A DNA stretch of 64,000 nucleotides from Eledone cirrhosa (Eukaryota). The notes beneath the pieces were generated by a model. It was not told the DNA's origin and did no database searches. It saw only the letters and a list, made by a program, of their open reading frames with translations. Both the position numbers and the translations under genes were made by a program. Below, one piece after another: positions 1-15,000 of the stretch. Positions within the stretch are counted from its first letter, which is position 1. Every line of letters starts with the position of its first letter. The stretch is taken from NCBI GenBank assembly GCA_964016885.1, contig OZ024745.1, positions 1,178,001 to 1,242,000 on the forward strand, in the 5' to 3' direction.

Positions 1-3000
1 AATGTTTCTAACCCTGTCTGTGGGTGTAAAGTAATGTTTCTAACCCTGTCTGTGGGTGTAAAGTAATGTTTCTAACCCTGTCTGTGGGTATAAAGTAATG
101 TTTCTAACCCTGTCTGTGGATGTAAAGTAATGTTTCTAACCCTGTCTGTGGGTGTAAAGTAATGTTTCTAACCCTGTCTGTGGGTGTACAGTAATGTTTC
201 TAACCCTGTCTGTGGGTGTAAAGTAATGTTTCTAACCCTGTCTGTGGGTGTACAGTAATGTTTCTAACCCTGTCTGTGGATGTAAAGTAATGTTTCTAAC
301 CCTGTCTGTGGGTATAAAGTAATGTTTCTAACCCTGTCTGTGGATGTAAAGTAATGTTTCTAACCCTGTCTGTGGGTGTAAAGTAATGTTTCCAACCCTG
401 TCTGTGGGTATAAGGTAATGTTTCTAACCCTGTCTGTGGATGTAAAGTAATGTTTCTAACCCTGTCTGTGGGTATAAAGTAATGTTTCTAACCCTGTCTG
501 TGGGTGTAAAGTAATGTTTCTAACCCTGTCTGTGGGTATAAGGTAATGTTTCTAACCCTGTCTGTGGATGTAAAGTAATGTTTCTAACCCTGTCTGTGGG
601 TGTAAAGTAATGTTTCTAACCCTGTCTGTGGGTGTACAGTAATGTTTCTAACCCTGTCTGTGGGTATATGGTAATGTTTCTAACCCTGTCTGTGGGTGTA
701 CAGTAATGTTTCTAACCCTGTCTGTGGGTATATGGTAATGTTTCTAACCCTGTCTGTGGGTGTAAAGTAATGTTTCTAACCCTGTCTGTGGGTATATGGT
801 AATGTTTCTAACCCTGTCTGTGGGTGTAAAGTAATGTTTCTAACCCTGTCTGTGGGTGTACAGTAATGTTTCTAACCCTGTCTGTGGGTGTAAAGTAATG
901 TTTCTAACCCTGTCTGTGGGTGTAAAGTAATGTTTCCAACCCTGTCTGTGGGTATAAAGTAATGTTTCTAACCCTGTCTGTGGGTGTAAAGTAATGTTTC
1001 CAACCCTGTCTGTGGGTGTAAAGTAATGTTTCTAACCCTGTCTGTGGGTGTAAAGTAATGTTTCTAACCCTGTCTGTGGGTATAAAGTAATGTTTCTAAC
1101 CCTGTCTGTGGGTGTACAGTAATGTTTCTAACCCTGTCTGTGGGTGTAAAGTAATGTTTCTAACCCTGTCTGTGGGTGTAAAGTAATGTTTCTAACCCTG
1201 TCTGTGGGTGTAAAGTAATGTTTCTAACCCTGACTGTGGGTGTAAAGTAATGTTTCTAACCCTGTCTGTGGGTGTACAGTAATGTTTCTAACCCTGACTG
1301 TGGGTGTAGAGTAATGTTTCTAACACTGTCTGTGGGTGTACAGTAATGTTTCTAACCCTGTCTGTGGGTGTAAAGTAATGTTTCTAACCCTGTCTGTGGG
1401 TGTACAGTAATGTTTCTAACCCTGACTGTGGGTGTAAAGTAATGTTTCTAACCCTGACTGTGGGTGTAAAGTAATGTTTCTAACCCTGACTGTGGGTGTA
1501 AAGTAATGTTTCTAACCCTGTCTGTGGGTGTACAGTAATGTTTCCAACCCTGTCTGTGGGTGTAAAGTAATGTTTCTAACCCTGTCTGTGGGTGTACAGT
1601 AATGTTTCTAACCCTGACTGTGGGTATAAAGTAATGTTTCTAACCCTGACTGTGGGTATAAAGTAATGTTTCTAACCCTGTCTGTGGGTGTAAAGTAATG
1701 TTTCTAACCCTGTCTGTGGGTGTACAGTAATGTTTCTAACCCTGTCTGTGGGTATATGGTAATGTTTCTAACCCTGTCTGTGGGTGTAAAGTAATGTTTC
1801 TAACCCTGTCTGTGGGTGTAAAGTAATGTTTCTAACCCTGTCTGTGGGTATATGGTAATGTTTCTAACCCTGTCTGTGGGTGTAAAGTAATGTTTCTAAC
1901 CCTGTCTGTGGGTGTAAAGTAATGTTTCTAACCCTGTCTGTGGGTGTAAGGTAATGTTTCTAACCCTGTCTGTGGGTGTAAAGTAATGTTTCTAACCCTG
2001 TCTGTGGGTGTAAGGTAATGTTTCTAACCCTGTCTGTGGGTGTAAAGTAATGTTTCTAACCCTGTCTGTGGGTGTAAAGTAATGTTTCTAACCCTGTCTG
2101 TGGGTGTAAAGTAATGTTTCCAACCCTGTCTGTGGGTGTAAAGTAATGTTTCTAACCCTGTCTGTGGGTATAAGGTAATGTTTCTAACCCTGTCTGTGGG
2201 TATAAGGTAATGTTTCCAACCCTGTCTGTGGGTATAAAGTAATGTTTCCAACCCTGTCTGTGGGTGTAAAGTAATGTTTCCAACCCTGTCTGTGGGTATA
2301 AAGTAATGTTTCTAACCCTGTCTGTGGGTGTAAAGTAATGTTTCCAACCCTGTCTGTGGGTATAAGGTAATGTTTCCAACCCTGTCTGTGGGTGTAAAGT
2401 AATGTTTCTAACCCTGTCTGTGGGTGTAAAGTAATGTTTCTAACCCTGTCTGTGGGTATAAGGTAATGTTTCTAACCCTGTCTGTGGGTATAAGGTAATG
2501 TTTCCAACCCTGTCTGTGGGTATAAAGTAATGTTTCCAACCCTGTCTGTGGGTATAAAGTAATGTTTCTAACCCTGTCTGTGGGTGTAAAGTAATGTTTC
2601 CAACCCTGTCTGTGGGTATAAAGTAATGTTTCTAACCCTGTCTGTGGGTGTAAAGTAATGTTTCCAACCCTGTCTGTGGGTATAAAGTAATGTTTCTAAC
2701 CCTGTCTGTGGGTGTAAAGTAATGTTTCCAACCCTGTCTGTGGGTATAAGGTAATGTTTCTAACCCTGTCTGTGGGTATAAGGTAATGTTTCTAACCCTG
2801 TCTGTGGGTATAAAGTAATGTTTCCAACCCTGTCTGTGGGTGTAAGGTAATGTTTCTAACCCTGTCTGTGGGTGTAAAGTAATGTTTCTAACCCTGTCTG
2901 TGGGTGTAAAGTAATGTTTCTAACCCTGTCTGTGGGTATAAAGTAATGTTTCCAACCCTGTCTGTGGGTGTAAGGTAATGTTTCTAACCCTGTCTGTGGG

Positions 3001-6000
3001 TGTAAAGTAATGTTTCTAACCCTGTCTGTGGGTATATGGTAATGTTTCCAACCCTGTCTGTGGGTGTAAAGTAATGTTTCCAACCCTGTCTGTGGGTATA
3101 AAGTAATGTTTCCAACCCTGTCTGTGGGTATAAGGTAATGTTTCTAACCCTGTCTGTGGGTATAAAGTAATGTTTCTAACCCTGTCTGTGGGTATAAAGT
3201 AATGTTTCTAACCCTGTCTGTGGGTATAAGGTAATGTTTCTAACCCTGTCTGTGGGTGTAAAGTAATGTTTCCAACCCTGTCTGTGGGTATAAGGTAATG
3301 TTTCTAACCCTGTCTGTGGGTGTAAAGTAATGTTTCTAACCCTGTCTGTGGGTGTAAAGTAATGTTTCTAACCCTGTCTGTGGGTGTAAAGTAATGTTTC
3401 CAACCCTGTCTGTGGGTGTAAAGTAATGTTTCCAACCCTGTCTGTGGGTGTAAAGTAATGTTTCTAACCCTGTCTGTGGGTATAAAGTAATGTTTCTAAC
3501 CCTGTCTGTGGGTGTAAAGTAATGTTTCTAACCCTGTCTGTGGGTATAAAGTAATGTTTCCAACCCTGTCTGTGGGTATAAGGTAATGTTTCTAACCCTG
3601 TCTGTGGGTATAAAGTAATGTTTCTAACCCTGTCTGTGGGTGTAAAGTAATGTTTCCAACCCTGTCTGTGGGTATAAAGTAATGTTTCCAACCCTGTCTG
3701 TGGGTATAAGGTAATGTTTCCAACACTGTCTGTGGGTATAAAGTAATGTTTCTAACCCTGTCTGTGGGTATAAGGTAATGTTTCCAACACTGTCTGTGGG
3801 TGTAAGGTAATGTTTCCAACCCTGTCTGTGGGTGTAAAGTAATGTTTCCAACCCTGTCTGTGGGTATAAAGTAATGTTTCCAACCCTGTCTGTGGGTATA
3901 AAGTAATGTTTCCAACCCTGTCTGTGGGTATAAGGTAATGTTTCTAACCCTGTCTGTGGGTGTAAAGTAATGTTTCTAACCCTGTCTGTGGGTGTAAAGT
4001 AATGTTTCTAACCCTGTCTGTGGGTATAAGGTAATGTTTCTAACCCTGTCTGTGGGTGTAAAGTAATGTTTCCAACCCTGTCTGTGGGTATAAAGTAATG
4101 TTTCCAACCCTGTCTGTGGGTATAAGGTAATGTTTCCAACCCTGTCTGTGGGTGTAAAGTAATGTTTCTAACCCTGTCTGTGGGTATAAAGTAATGTTTC
4201 CAACACTGTCTGTGGGTATATGGTAATGTTTCCAACCCTGTCTGTGGGTGTAAAGTAATGTTTCTAACCCTGTCTGTGGGTGTAAAGTAATGTTTCTAAC
4301 CCTGTCTGTGGGTGTAAAGTAATGTTTCTAACCCTGTCTGTGGGTGTAAAGTAATGTTTCCAACCCTGTCTGTGGGTATAAGGTAATGTTTCTAACCCTG
4401 TCTGTGGGTGTAAAGTAATGTTTCTAACCCTGTCTGTGGGTGTAAAGTAATGTTTCTAACCCTGTCTGTGGGTGTAAAGTAATGTTTCTAACCCTGTCTG
4501 TGGGTGTAAAGTAATGTTTCCAACCCTGTCTGTGGGTATACAGTAATGTTTCCAACCCTGTCTGTGGGTATAAAGTAATGTTTCCAACCCTGTCTGTGGG
4601 TATAAGGTAATGTTTCCAACACTGTCTGTGGGTATAAAGTAATGTTTCCAACCCTGTCTGTGGGTATAAAGTAATGTTTCTAACCCTGTCTGTGGGTGTA
4701 AAGTAATGTTTCTAACCCTGTCTGTGGGTGTAAAGTAATGTTTCCAACCCTGTCTGTGGGTATATGGTAATGTTTCTAACCCTGTCTGTGGGTATAAAGT
4801 AATGTTTCCAACCCTGTCTGTGGGTATAAGGTAATGTTTCCAACACTGTCTGTGGGTATAAAGTAATGTTTCTAACCCTGACTGTGGGTGTAAAGTAATG
4901 TTTCCAACCCTGTCTGTGGGTATAAAGTAATGTTTCCAACCCTGTCTGTGGGTATAAAGTAATGTTTCCAACCCTGTCTGTGGGTATAAGGTAATGTTTC
5001 TAACCCTGTCTGTGGGTATATGGTAATGTTTCTAACCCTGTCTGTGGGTGTAAAGTAATGTTTCTAACCCTGTCTGTGGGTGTAAAGTAATGTTTCTAAC
5101 CCTGTCTGTGGGTGTAAAGTAATGTTTCCAACCCTGTCTGTGGGTATAAAGTAATGTTTCCAACCCTGTCTGTGGGTATAAGGTAATGTTTCTAACCCTG
5201 TCTGTGGGTATATGGTAATGTTTCCAACCCTGTCTGTGGGTGTAAAGTAATGTTTCTAACCCTGTCTGTGGGTATAAGGTAATGTTTCTAACCCTGTCTG
5301 TGGGTGTAAAGTAATGTTTCTAACCCTGTCTGTGGGTGTAAAGTAATGTTTCCAACCCTGTCTGTGGGTATAAGGTAATGTTTCTAACCCTGTCTGTGGG
5401 TGTACAGTAATGTTTCTAACCCTGTCTGTGGGTATAAGGTAATGTTTCTAACCCTGACTGTGGGTATAAAGTAATGTTTCTAACCCTGTCTGTGGGTGTA
5501 CAGTAATGTTTCTAACCCTGTCTGTGGGTGTAAAGTAATGTTTCTAACCCTGTCTGTGGGTGTACAGTAATGTTTCTAACCCTGTCTGTGGGTATAAGGT
5601 AATGTTTCTAACCCTGTCTGTGGGTATAAAGTAATGTTTCTAACCCTGTCTGTGGGTGTACAGTAATGTTTCTAACCCTGTCTGTGGGTGTAAAGTAATG
5701 TTTCCAACCCTGTCTGTGGGTATAAAGTAATGTTTCCAACCCTGTCTGTGGGTATAAAGTAATGTTTCTAACCCTGACTGTGGGTATAAAGTAATGTTTC
5801 TAACCCTGTCTGTGGGTGTACAGTAATGTTTCTAACCCTGTCTGTGGGTATAAGGTAATGTTTCTAACCCTGTCTGTGGGTGTAAAGTAATGTTTCTAAC
5901 CCTGTCTGTGGGTGTAAAGTAATGTTTCCAACCCTGTCTGTGGGTATAAGGTAATGTTTCTAACCCTGTCTGTGGGTGTAAAGTAATGTTTCTAACCCTG

Positions 6001-9000
6001 TCTGTGGGTATAAGGTAATGTTTCTAACCCTGTCTGTGGGTGTAAAGTAATGTTTCTAACCCTGTCTGTGGGTGTAAAGTAATGTTTCTAACCCTGTCTG
6101 TGGGTATATGGTAATGTTTCTAACCCTGTCTGTGGGTGTAAAGTAATGTTTCTAACCCTGTCTGTGGGTGTAAAGTAATGTTTCTAACCCTGTCTGTGGG
6201 TATATGGTAATGTTTCTAACCCTGTCTGTGGGTGTAAAGTAATGTTTCTAACCCTGTCTGTGGGTGTAAAGTAATGTTTCTAACCCTGTCTGTGGGTGTA
6301 AAGTAATGTTTCTAACCCTGTCTGTGGGTGTAAAGTAATGTTTCCAACCCTGTCTGTGGGTATAAAGTAATGTTTCCAACCCTGTCTGTGGGTGTAAAGT
6401 AATGTTTCTAACCCTGTCTGTGGGTGTAAAGTAATGTTTCTAACCCTGTCTGTGGGTGTAAAGTAATGTTTCCAACCCTGTCTGTGGGTATAAAGTAATG
6501 TTTCCAACCCTGTCTGTGGGTGTAAAGTAATGTTTCTAACCCTGTCTGTGGGTGTAAAGTAATGTTTCCAACCCTGTCTGTGGGTATAAAGTAATGTTTC
6601 TAACCCTGTCTGTGGGTGTAAAGTAATGTTTCTAACCCTGTCTGTGGGTGTAAAGTAATGTTTCTAACCCTGTCTGTGGGTATATGGTAATGTTTCTAAC
6701 CCTGTCTGTGGGTGTAAAGTAATGTTTCTAACCCTGTCTGTGGGTATAAGGTAATGTTTCTAACCCTGTCTGTGGGTGTAAAGTAATGTTTCTAACCCTG
6801 TCTGTGGGTATAAAGTAATGTTTCTAACCCTGTCTGTGGGTGTAAAGTAATGTTTCTAACCCTGTCATTGGGTGTAAAGTAATGTTTCTAACCCTGTCTG
6901 TGGGTATATGGTAATGTTTCTAACCCTGTCTGTGGGTGTAAAGTAATGTTTCTAACCCTGTCTGTGGGTGTAAAGTAATGTTTCTAACCCTGTCTGTGGG
7001 TATATGGTAATGTTTCTAACCCTGTCTGTGGGTGTAAGGTAATGTTTCTAACCCTGTCTGTGGGTGTAAAGTAATGTTTCTAACCCTGTCTGTGGGTGTA
7101 AAGTAATGTTTCTAACCCTGTCTGTGGGTATAAGGTAATGTTTCCAACCCTGTCTGTGGGTGTAAAGTAATGTTTCTAACCCTGTCTGTGGGTGTAAAGT
7201 AATGTTTCTAACACTGTCTGTGGGTATAAGGTAATGTTTCTAACCCTGTCTGTGGGTGTAAAGTAATGTTTCTAACCCTGACTGTGGGTGTAAAGTAATG
7301 TTTCTAACCCTGTCTGTGGGTATAAAGTAATGTTTCTAACCCTGACTGTGGGTGTAAAGTAATGTTTCTAACCCTGTCTGTGGGTATAAAGTAATGTTTC
7401 TAACCCTGACTGTGGGTGTAAAGTAATGTTTCTAACCCTGTCTGTGGGTATAAAGTAATGTTTCTAACCCTGACTGTGGGTGTAAAGTAATGTTTCTAAC
7501 CCTGTCTGTGGGTATAAAGTAATGTTTCTAACCCTGTCTGTGGGTATAAGGTAATGTTTCTAACCCTGACTGTGGGTGTAAAGTAATGTTTCTAACCCTG
7601 TCTGTGGGTATAAAGTAATGTTTCTAACCCTGACTGTGGGTGTAAAGTAATGTTTCTAACCCTGTCTGTGGGTGTAAAGTAATGTTTCCAACCCTGTCTG
7701 TGGGTATAAGGTAATGTTTCCAACCCTGACTGTGGGTATAAGGTAATGTTTCTAACCCTGTCTGTGGGTGTAAAGTAATGTTTCTAACCCTGTCTGTGGG
7801 TATAAAGTAATGTTTCTAACCCTGTCTGTGGGTATAAAGTAATGTTTCTAACCCTGTCTGTGGGTGTAAAGTAATGTTTCTAACCCTGTCTGTGGGTATA
7901 AAGTAATGTTTCTAACCCTGTCTGTGGGTGTAAGGTAATGTTTCTAACCCTGACTGTGGGTATAAGGTAATGTTTCTAACCCTGTCTGTGGGTATATGGT
8001 AATGTTTCTAACCCTGTCTGTGGGTGTAAAGTAATGTTTCTAACCCTGTCTGTGGGTATAAAGTAATGTTTCTAACCCTGTCTGTGGGTGTAAGGTAATG
8101 TTTCTAACCCTGACTGTGGGTATAAGGTAATGTTTCTAACCCTGTCTGTGGGTGTAAAGTAATGTTTCTAACCCTGACTGTGGGTGTAAAGTAATGTTTC
8201 TAACCCTGTCTGTGGGTGTAAAGTAATGTTTCCAACCCTGTCTGTGGGTATAAGGTAATGTTTCTAACCCTGTCTGTGGGTATATGGTAATGTTTCTAAC
8301 CCTGTCTGTGGGTGTAAGGTAATGTTTCTAACCCTGACTGTGGGTATAAGGTAATGTTTCTAACCCTGTCTGTGGGTGTAAAGTAATGTTTCTAACCCTG
8401 ACTGTGGGTGTAAAGTAATGTTTCTAACCCTGTCTGTGGGTGTAAAGTAATGTTTCTAACCCTGACTGTGGGTGTAAAGTAATGTTTCTAACCCTGTCTG
8501 TGGGTATATGGTAATGTTTCTAACCCTGTCTGTGGGTGTAAAGTAATGTTTCTAACCCTGTCTGTGGGTGTAAAGTAATGTTTCTAACCCTGTCTGTGGG
8601 TGTAAAGTAATGTTTCTAACCCTGTCTGTGGGTGTAAAGTAATGTTTCTAACCCTGTCTGTGGGTGTACAGTAATGTTTCTAACCCTGTCTGTGGGTGTA
8701 AAGTAATGTTTCTAACCCTGTCTGTGGGTGTACAGTAATGTTTCTAACCCTGTCTGTGGATGTAAAGTAATGTTTCTAACCCTGTCTGTGGGTATAAAGT
8801 AATGTTTCTAACCCTGTCTGTGGATGTAAAGTAATGTTTCTAACCCTGTCTGTGGGTGTAAAGTAATGTTTCCAACCCTGTCTGTGGGTATAAGGTAATG
8901 TTTCTAACCCTGTCTGTGGATGTAAAGTAATGTTTCTAACCCTGTCTGTGGGTATAAAGTAATGTTTCTAACCCTGTCTGTGGGTGTAAAGTAATGTTTC

Positions 9001-12000
9001 TAACCCTGTCTGTGGGTATAAGGTAATGTTTCTAACCCTGTCTGTGGATGTAAAGTAATGTTTCTAACCCTGTCTGTGGGTGTAAAGTAATGTTTCTAAC
9101 CCTGTCTGTGGGTGTACAGTAATGTTTCTAACCCTGTCTGTGGGTATATGGTAATGTTTCTAACCCTGTCTGTGGGTGTACAGTAATGTTTCTAACCCTG
9201 TCTGTGGGTATATGGTAATGTTTCTAACCCTGTCTGTGGGTGTAAAGTAATGTTTCTAACCCTGTCTGTGGGTGTAAAGTAATGTTTCTAACCCTGTCTG
9301 TGGGTATATGGTAATGTTTCTAACCCTGTCTGTGGGTGTAAAGTAATGTTTCTAACCCTGTCTGTGGGTGTACAGTAATGTTTCTAACCCTGTCTGTGGG
9401 TGTAAAGTAATGTTTCTAACCCTGTCTGTGGGTGTAAAGTAATGTTTCCAACCCTGTCTGTGGGTATAAAGTAATGTTTCTAACCCTGTCTGTGGGTGTA
9501 AAGTAATGTTTCTAACCCTGTCTGTGGGTATAAAGTAATGTTTCTAACCCTGTCTGTGGGTATAAAGTAATGTTTCTAACCCTGTCTGTGGGTGTAAAGT
9601 AATGTTTCTAACCCTGTCTGTGGGTATAAAGTAATGTTTCTAACCCTGTCTGTGGGTGTAAGGTAATGTTTCTAACCCTGACTGTGGGTATAAGGTAATG
9701 TTTCTAACCCTGTCTGTGGGTATATGGTAATGTTTCTAACCCTGTCTGTGGGTGTAAAGTAATGTTTCTAACCCTGTCTGTGGGTATAAAGTAATGTTTC
9801 TAACCCTGTCTGTGGGTGTAAGGTAATGTTTCTAACCCTGACTGTGGGTATAAGGTAATGTTTCTAACCCTGTCTGTGGGTGTAAAGTAATGTTTCTAAC
9901 CCTGACTGTGGGTGTAAAGTAATGTTTCTAACCCTGTCTGTGGGTGTAAAGTAATGTTTCCAACCCTGTCTGTGGGTATAAGGTAATGTTTCTAACCCTG
10001 TCTGTGGGTATATGGTAATGTTTCTAACCCTGTCTGTGGGTGTAAGGTAATGTTTCTAACCCTGACTGTGGGTATAAGGTAATGTTTCTAACCCTGTCTG
10101 TGGGTGTAAAGTAATGTTTCTAACCCTGACTGTGGGTGTAAAGTAATGTTTCTAACCCTGTCTGTGGGTGTAAAGTAATGTTTCTAACCCTGACTGTGGG
10201 TGTAAAGTAATGTTTCTAACCCTGTCTGTGGGTATATGGTAATGTTTCTAACCCTGTCTGTGGGTGTAAAGTAATGTTTCTAACCCTGTCTGTGGGTGTA
10301 AAGTAATGTTTCTAACCCTGTCTGTGGGTGTAAAGTAATGTTTCTAACCCTGTCTGTGGGTGTAAAGTAATGTTTCTAACCCTGTCTGTGGGTGTACAGT
10401 AATGTTTCTAACCCTGTCTGTGGGTGTAAAGTAATGTTTCTAACCCTGTCTGTGGGTGTACAGTAATGTTTCTAACCCTGTCTGTGGATGTAAAGTAATG
10501 TTTCTAACCCTGTCTGTGGGTATAAAGTAATGTTTCTAACCCTGTCTGTGGATGTAAAGTAATGTTTCTAACCCTGTCTGTGGGTGTAAAGTAATGTTTC
10601 CAACCCTGTCTGTGGGTATAAGGTAATGTTTCTAACCCTGTCTGTGGATGTAAAGTAATGTTTCTAACCCTGTCTGTGGGTATAAAGTAATGTTTCTAAC
10701 CCTGTCTGTGGGTGTAAAGTAATGTTTCTAACCCTGTCTGTGGGTATAAGGTAATGTTTCTAACCCTGTCTGTGGATGTAAAGTAATGTTTCTAACCCTG
10801 TCTGTGGGTGTAAAGTAATGTTTCTAACCCTGTCTGTGGGTGTACAGTAATGTTTCTAACCCTGTCTGTGGGTATATGGTAATGTTTCTAACCCTGTCTG
10901 TGGGTGTACAGTAATGTTTCTAACCCTGTCTGTGGGTATATGGTAATGTTTCTAACCCTGTCTGTGGGTGTAAAGTAATGTTTCTAACCCTGTCTGTGGG
11001 TGTAAAGTAATGTTTCTAACCCTGTCTGTGGGTATATGGTAATGTTTCTAACCCTGTCTGTGGGTGTAAAGTAATGTTTCTAACCCTGTCTGTGGGTGTA
11101 CAGTAATGTTTCTAACCCTGTCTGTGGGTGTAAAGTAATGTTTCTAACCCTGTCTGTGGGTGTAAAGTAATGTTTCCAACCCTGTCTGTGGGTATAAAGT
11201 AATGTTTCTAACCCTGTCTGTGGGTGTAAAGTAATGTTTCCAACCCTGTCTGTGGGTGTAAAGTAATGTTTCTAACCCTGTCTGTGGGTGTAAAGTAATG
11301 TTTCTAACCCTGTCTGTGGGTATAAAGTAATGTTTCTAACCCTGTCTGTGGGTGTACAGTAATGTTTCTAACCCTGTCTGTGGGTGTAAAGTAATGTTTC
11401 TAACCCTGTCTGTGGGTGTAAAGTAATGTTTCTAACCCTGTCTGTGGGTGTAAAGTAATGTTTCTAACCCTGACTGTGGGTGTAAAGTAATGTTTCTAAC
11501 CCTGTCTGTGGGTGTACAGTAATGTTTCTAACCCTGACTGTGGGTGTAGAGTAATGTTTCTAACCCTGTCTGTGGGTGTACAGTAATGTTTCTAACCCTG
11601 TCTGTGGGTGTAAAGTAATGTTTCTAACCCTGTCTGTGGGTGTACAGTAATGTTTCTAACCCTGACTGTGGGTGTAAAGTAATGTTTCTAACCCTGACTG
11701 TGGGTGTAAAGTAATGTTTCTAACCCTGACTGTGGGTGTAAAGTAATGTTTCTAACCCTGTCTGTGGGTGTACAGTAATGTTTCCAACCCTGTCTGTGGG
11801 TGTAAAGTAATGTTTCTAACCCTGTCTGTGGGTGTACAGTAATGTTTCTAACCCTGACTGTGGGTATAAAGTAATGTTTCTAACCCTGACTGTGGGTATA
11901 AAGTAATGTTTCTAACCCTGTCTGTGGGTGTAAAGTAATGTTTCTAACCCTGTCTGTGGGTGTACAGTAATGTTTCTAACCCTGTCTGTGGGTATATGGT

Positions 12001-15000
12001 AATGTTTCTAACCCTGTCTGTGGGTGTAAAGTAATGTTTCTAACCCTGTCTGTGGGTGTAAAGTAATGTTTCTAACCCTGTCTGTGGGTATATGGTAATG
12101 TTTCTAACCCTGTCTGTGGGTGTAAAGTAATGTTTCTAACCCTGTCTGTGGGTGTAAAGTAATGTTTCTAACCCTGTCTGTGGGTGTAAGGTAATGTTTC
12201 TAACCCTGTCTGTGGGTGTAAAGTAATGTTTCTAACCCTGTCTGTGGGTGTAAGGTAATGTTTCTAACCCTGTCTGTGGGTGTAAAGTAATGTTTCTAAC
12301 CCTGTCTGTGGGTGTAAAGTAATGTTTCTAACCCTGTCTGTGGGTGTAAAGTAATGTTTCCAACCCTGTCTGTGGGTGTAAAGTAATGTTTCTAACCCTG
12401 TCTGTGGGTATAAGGTAATGTTTCTAACCCTGTCTGTGGGTATAAGGTAATGTTTCCAACCCTGTCTGTGGGTATAAAGTAATGTTTCCAACCCTGTCTG
12501 TGGGTGTAAAGTAATGTTTCTAACCCTGTCTGTGGGTATAAAGTAATGTTTCCAACCCTGTCTGTGGGTATAAGGTAATGTTTCTAACCCTGTCTGTGGG
12601 TATAAAGTAATGTTTCTAACCCTGTCTGTGGGTGTAAAGTAATTTTTCCAACCCTGTCTGTGGGTATAAAGTAATGTTTCCAACCCTGTCTGTGGGTATA
12701 AGGTAATGTTTCCAACACTGTCTGTGGGTATAAAGTAATGTTTCTAACCCTGTCTGTGGGTATAAGGTAATGTTTCCAACACTGTCTGTGGGTGTAAGGT
12801 AATGTTTCCAACCCTGTCTGTGGGTGTAAAGTAATGTTTCCAACCCTGTCTGTGGGTATAAAGTAATGTTTCCAACCCTGTCTGTGGGTATAAAGTAATG
12901 TTTCCAACCCTGTCTGTGGGTATAAGGTAATGTTTCTAACCCTGTCTGTGGGTGTAAAGTAATGTTTCTAACCCTGTCTGTGGGTGTAAAGTAATGTTTC
13001 TAACCCTGTCTGTGGGTATAAGGTAATGTTTCTAACCCTGTCTGTGGGTGTAAAGTAATGTTTCCAACCCTGTCTGTGGGTATAAAGTAATGTTTCCAAC
13101 CCTGTCTGTGGGTATAAGGTAATGTTTCCAACCCTGTCTGTGGGTGTAAAGTAATGTTTCTAACCCTGTCTGTGGGTATAAAGTAATGTTTCCAACACTG
13201 TCTGTGGGTATATGGTAATGTTTCCAACCCTGTCTGTGGGTGTAAAGTAATGTTTCTAACCCTGTCTGTGGGTGTAAAGTAATGTTTCTAACCCTGTCTG
13301 TGGGTGTAAAGTAATGTTTCTAACCCTGTCTGTGGGTGTAAAGTAATGTTTCCAACCCTGTCTGTGGGTATAAGGTAATGTTTCTAACCCTGTCTGTGGG
13401 TGTAAAGTAATGTTTCTAACCCTGTCTGTGGGTGTAAAGTAATGTTTCTAACCCTGTCTGTGGGTGTAAAGTAATGTTTCTAACCCTGTCTGTGGGTGTA
13501 AAGTAATGTTTCCAACCCTGTCTGTGGGTATAAAGTAATGTTTCCAACCCTGTCTGTGGGTATAAAGTAATGTTTCCAACCCTGTCTGTGGGTATAAGGT
13601 AATGTTTCCAACACTGTCTGTGGGTATAAAGTAATGTTTCCAACCCTGTCTGTGGGTATAAAGTAATGTTTCTAACCCTGTCTGTGGGTGTAAAGTAATG
13701 TTTCTAACCCTGTCTGTGGGTGTAAAGTAATGTTTCCAACCCTGTCTGTGGGTATATGGTAATGTTTCTAACCCTGTCTGTGGGTATAAAGTAATGTTTC
13801 CAACCCTGTCTGTGGGTATAAGGTAATGTTTCCAACACTGTCTGTGGGTATAAAGTAATGTTTCTAACCCTGACTGTGGGTGTAAAGTAATGTTTCCAAC
13901 CCTGTCTGTGGGTATAAAGTAATGTTTCCAACCCTGTCTGTGGGTATAAAGTAATGTTTCCAACCCTGTCTGTGGGTATAAGGTAATGTTTCTAACCCTG
14001 TCTGTGGGTATATGGTAATGTTTCTAACCCTGTCTGTGGGTGTAAAGTAATGTTTCTAACCCTGTCTGTGGGTGTAAAGTAATGTTTCTAACCCTGTCTG
14101 TGGGTGTAAAGTAATGTTTCCAACCCTGTCTGTGGGTATAAAGTAATGTTTCCAACCCTGTCTGTGGGTATAAGGTAATGTTTCTAACCCTGTCTGTGGG
14201 TATATGGTAATGTTTCCAACCCTGTCTGTGGGTGTAAAGTAATGTTTCTAACCCTGTCTGTGGGTATAAGGTAATGTTTCTAACCCTGTCTGTGGGTGTA
14301 AAGTAATGTTTCTAACCCTGTCTGTGGGTGTAAAGTAATGTTTCCAACCCTGTCTGTGGGTATAAGGTAATGTTTCTAACCCTGTCTGTGGGTGTACAGT
14401 AATGTTTCTAACCCTGTCTGTGGGTATAAGGTAATGTTTCTAACCCTGACTGTGGGTATAAAGTAATGTTTCTAACCCTGTCTGTGGGTGTACAGTAATG
14501 TTTCTAACCCTGTCTGTGGGTGTAAAGTAATGTTTCTAACCCTGTCTGTGGGTGTACAGTAATGTTTCTAACCCTGTCTGTGGGTATAAGGTAATGTTTC
14601 TAACCCTGTCTGTGGGTATAAAGTAATGTTTCTAACCCTGTCTGTGGGTGTACAGTAATGTTTCTAACCCTGTCTGTGGGTGTAAAGTAATGTTTCCAAC
14701 CCTGTCTGTGGGTATAAAGTAATGTTTCCAACCCTGTCTGTGGGTATAAAGTAATGTTTCTAACCCTGACTGTGAGTATAAAGTAATGTTTCTAACCCTG
14801 TCTGTGGGTGTACAGTAATGTTTCTAACCCTGTCTGTGGGTATAAGGTAATGTTTCTAACCCTGTCTGTGGGTGTAAAGTAATGTTTCTAACCCTGTCTG
14901 TGGGTGTAAAGTAATGTTTCCAACCCTGTCTGTGGGTATAAGGTAATGTTTCTAACCCTGTCTGTGGGTGTAAAGTAATGTTTCTAACCCTGTCTGTGGG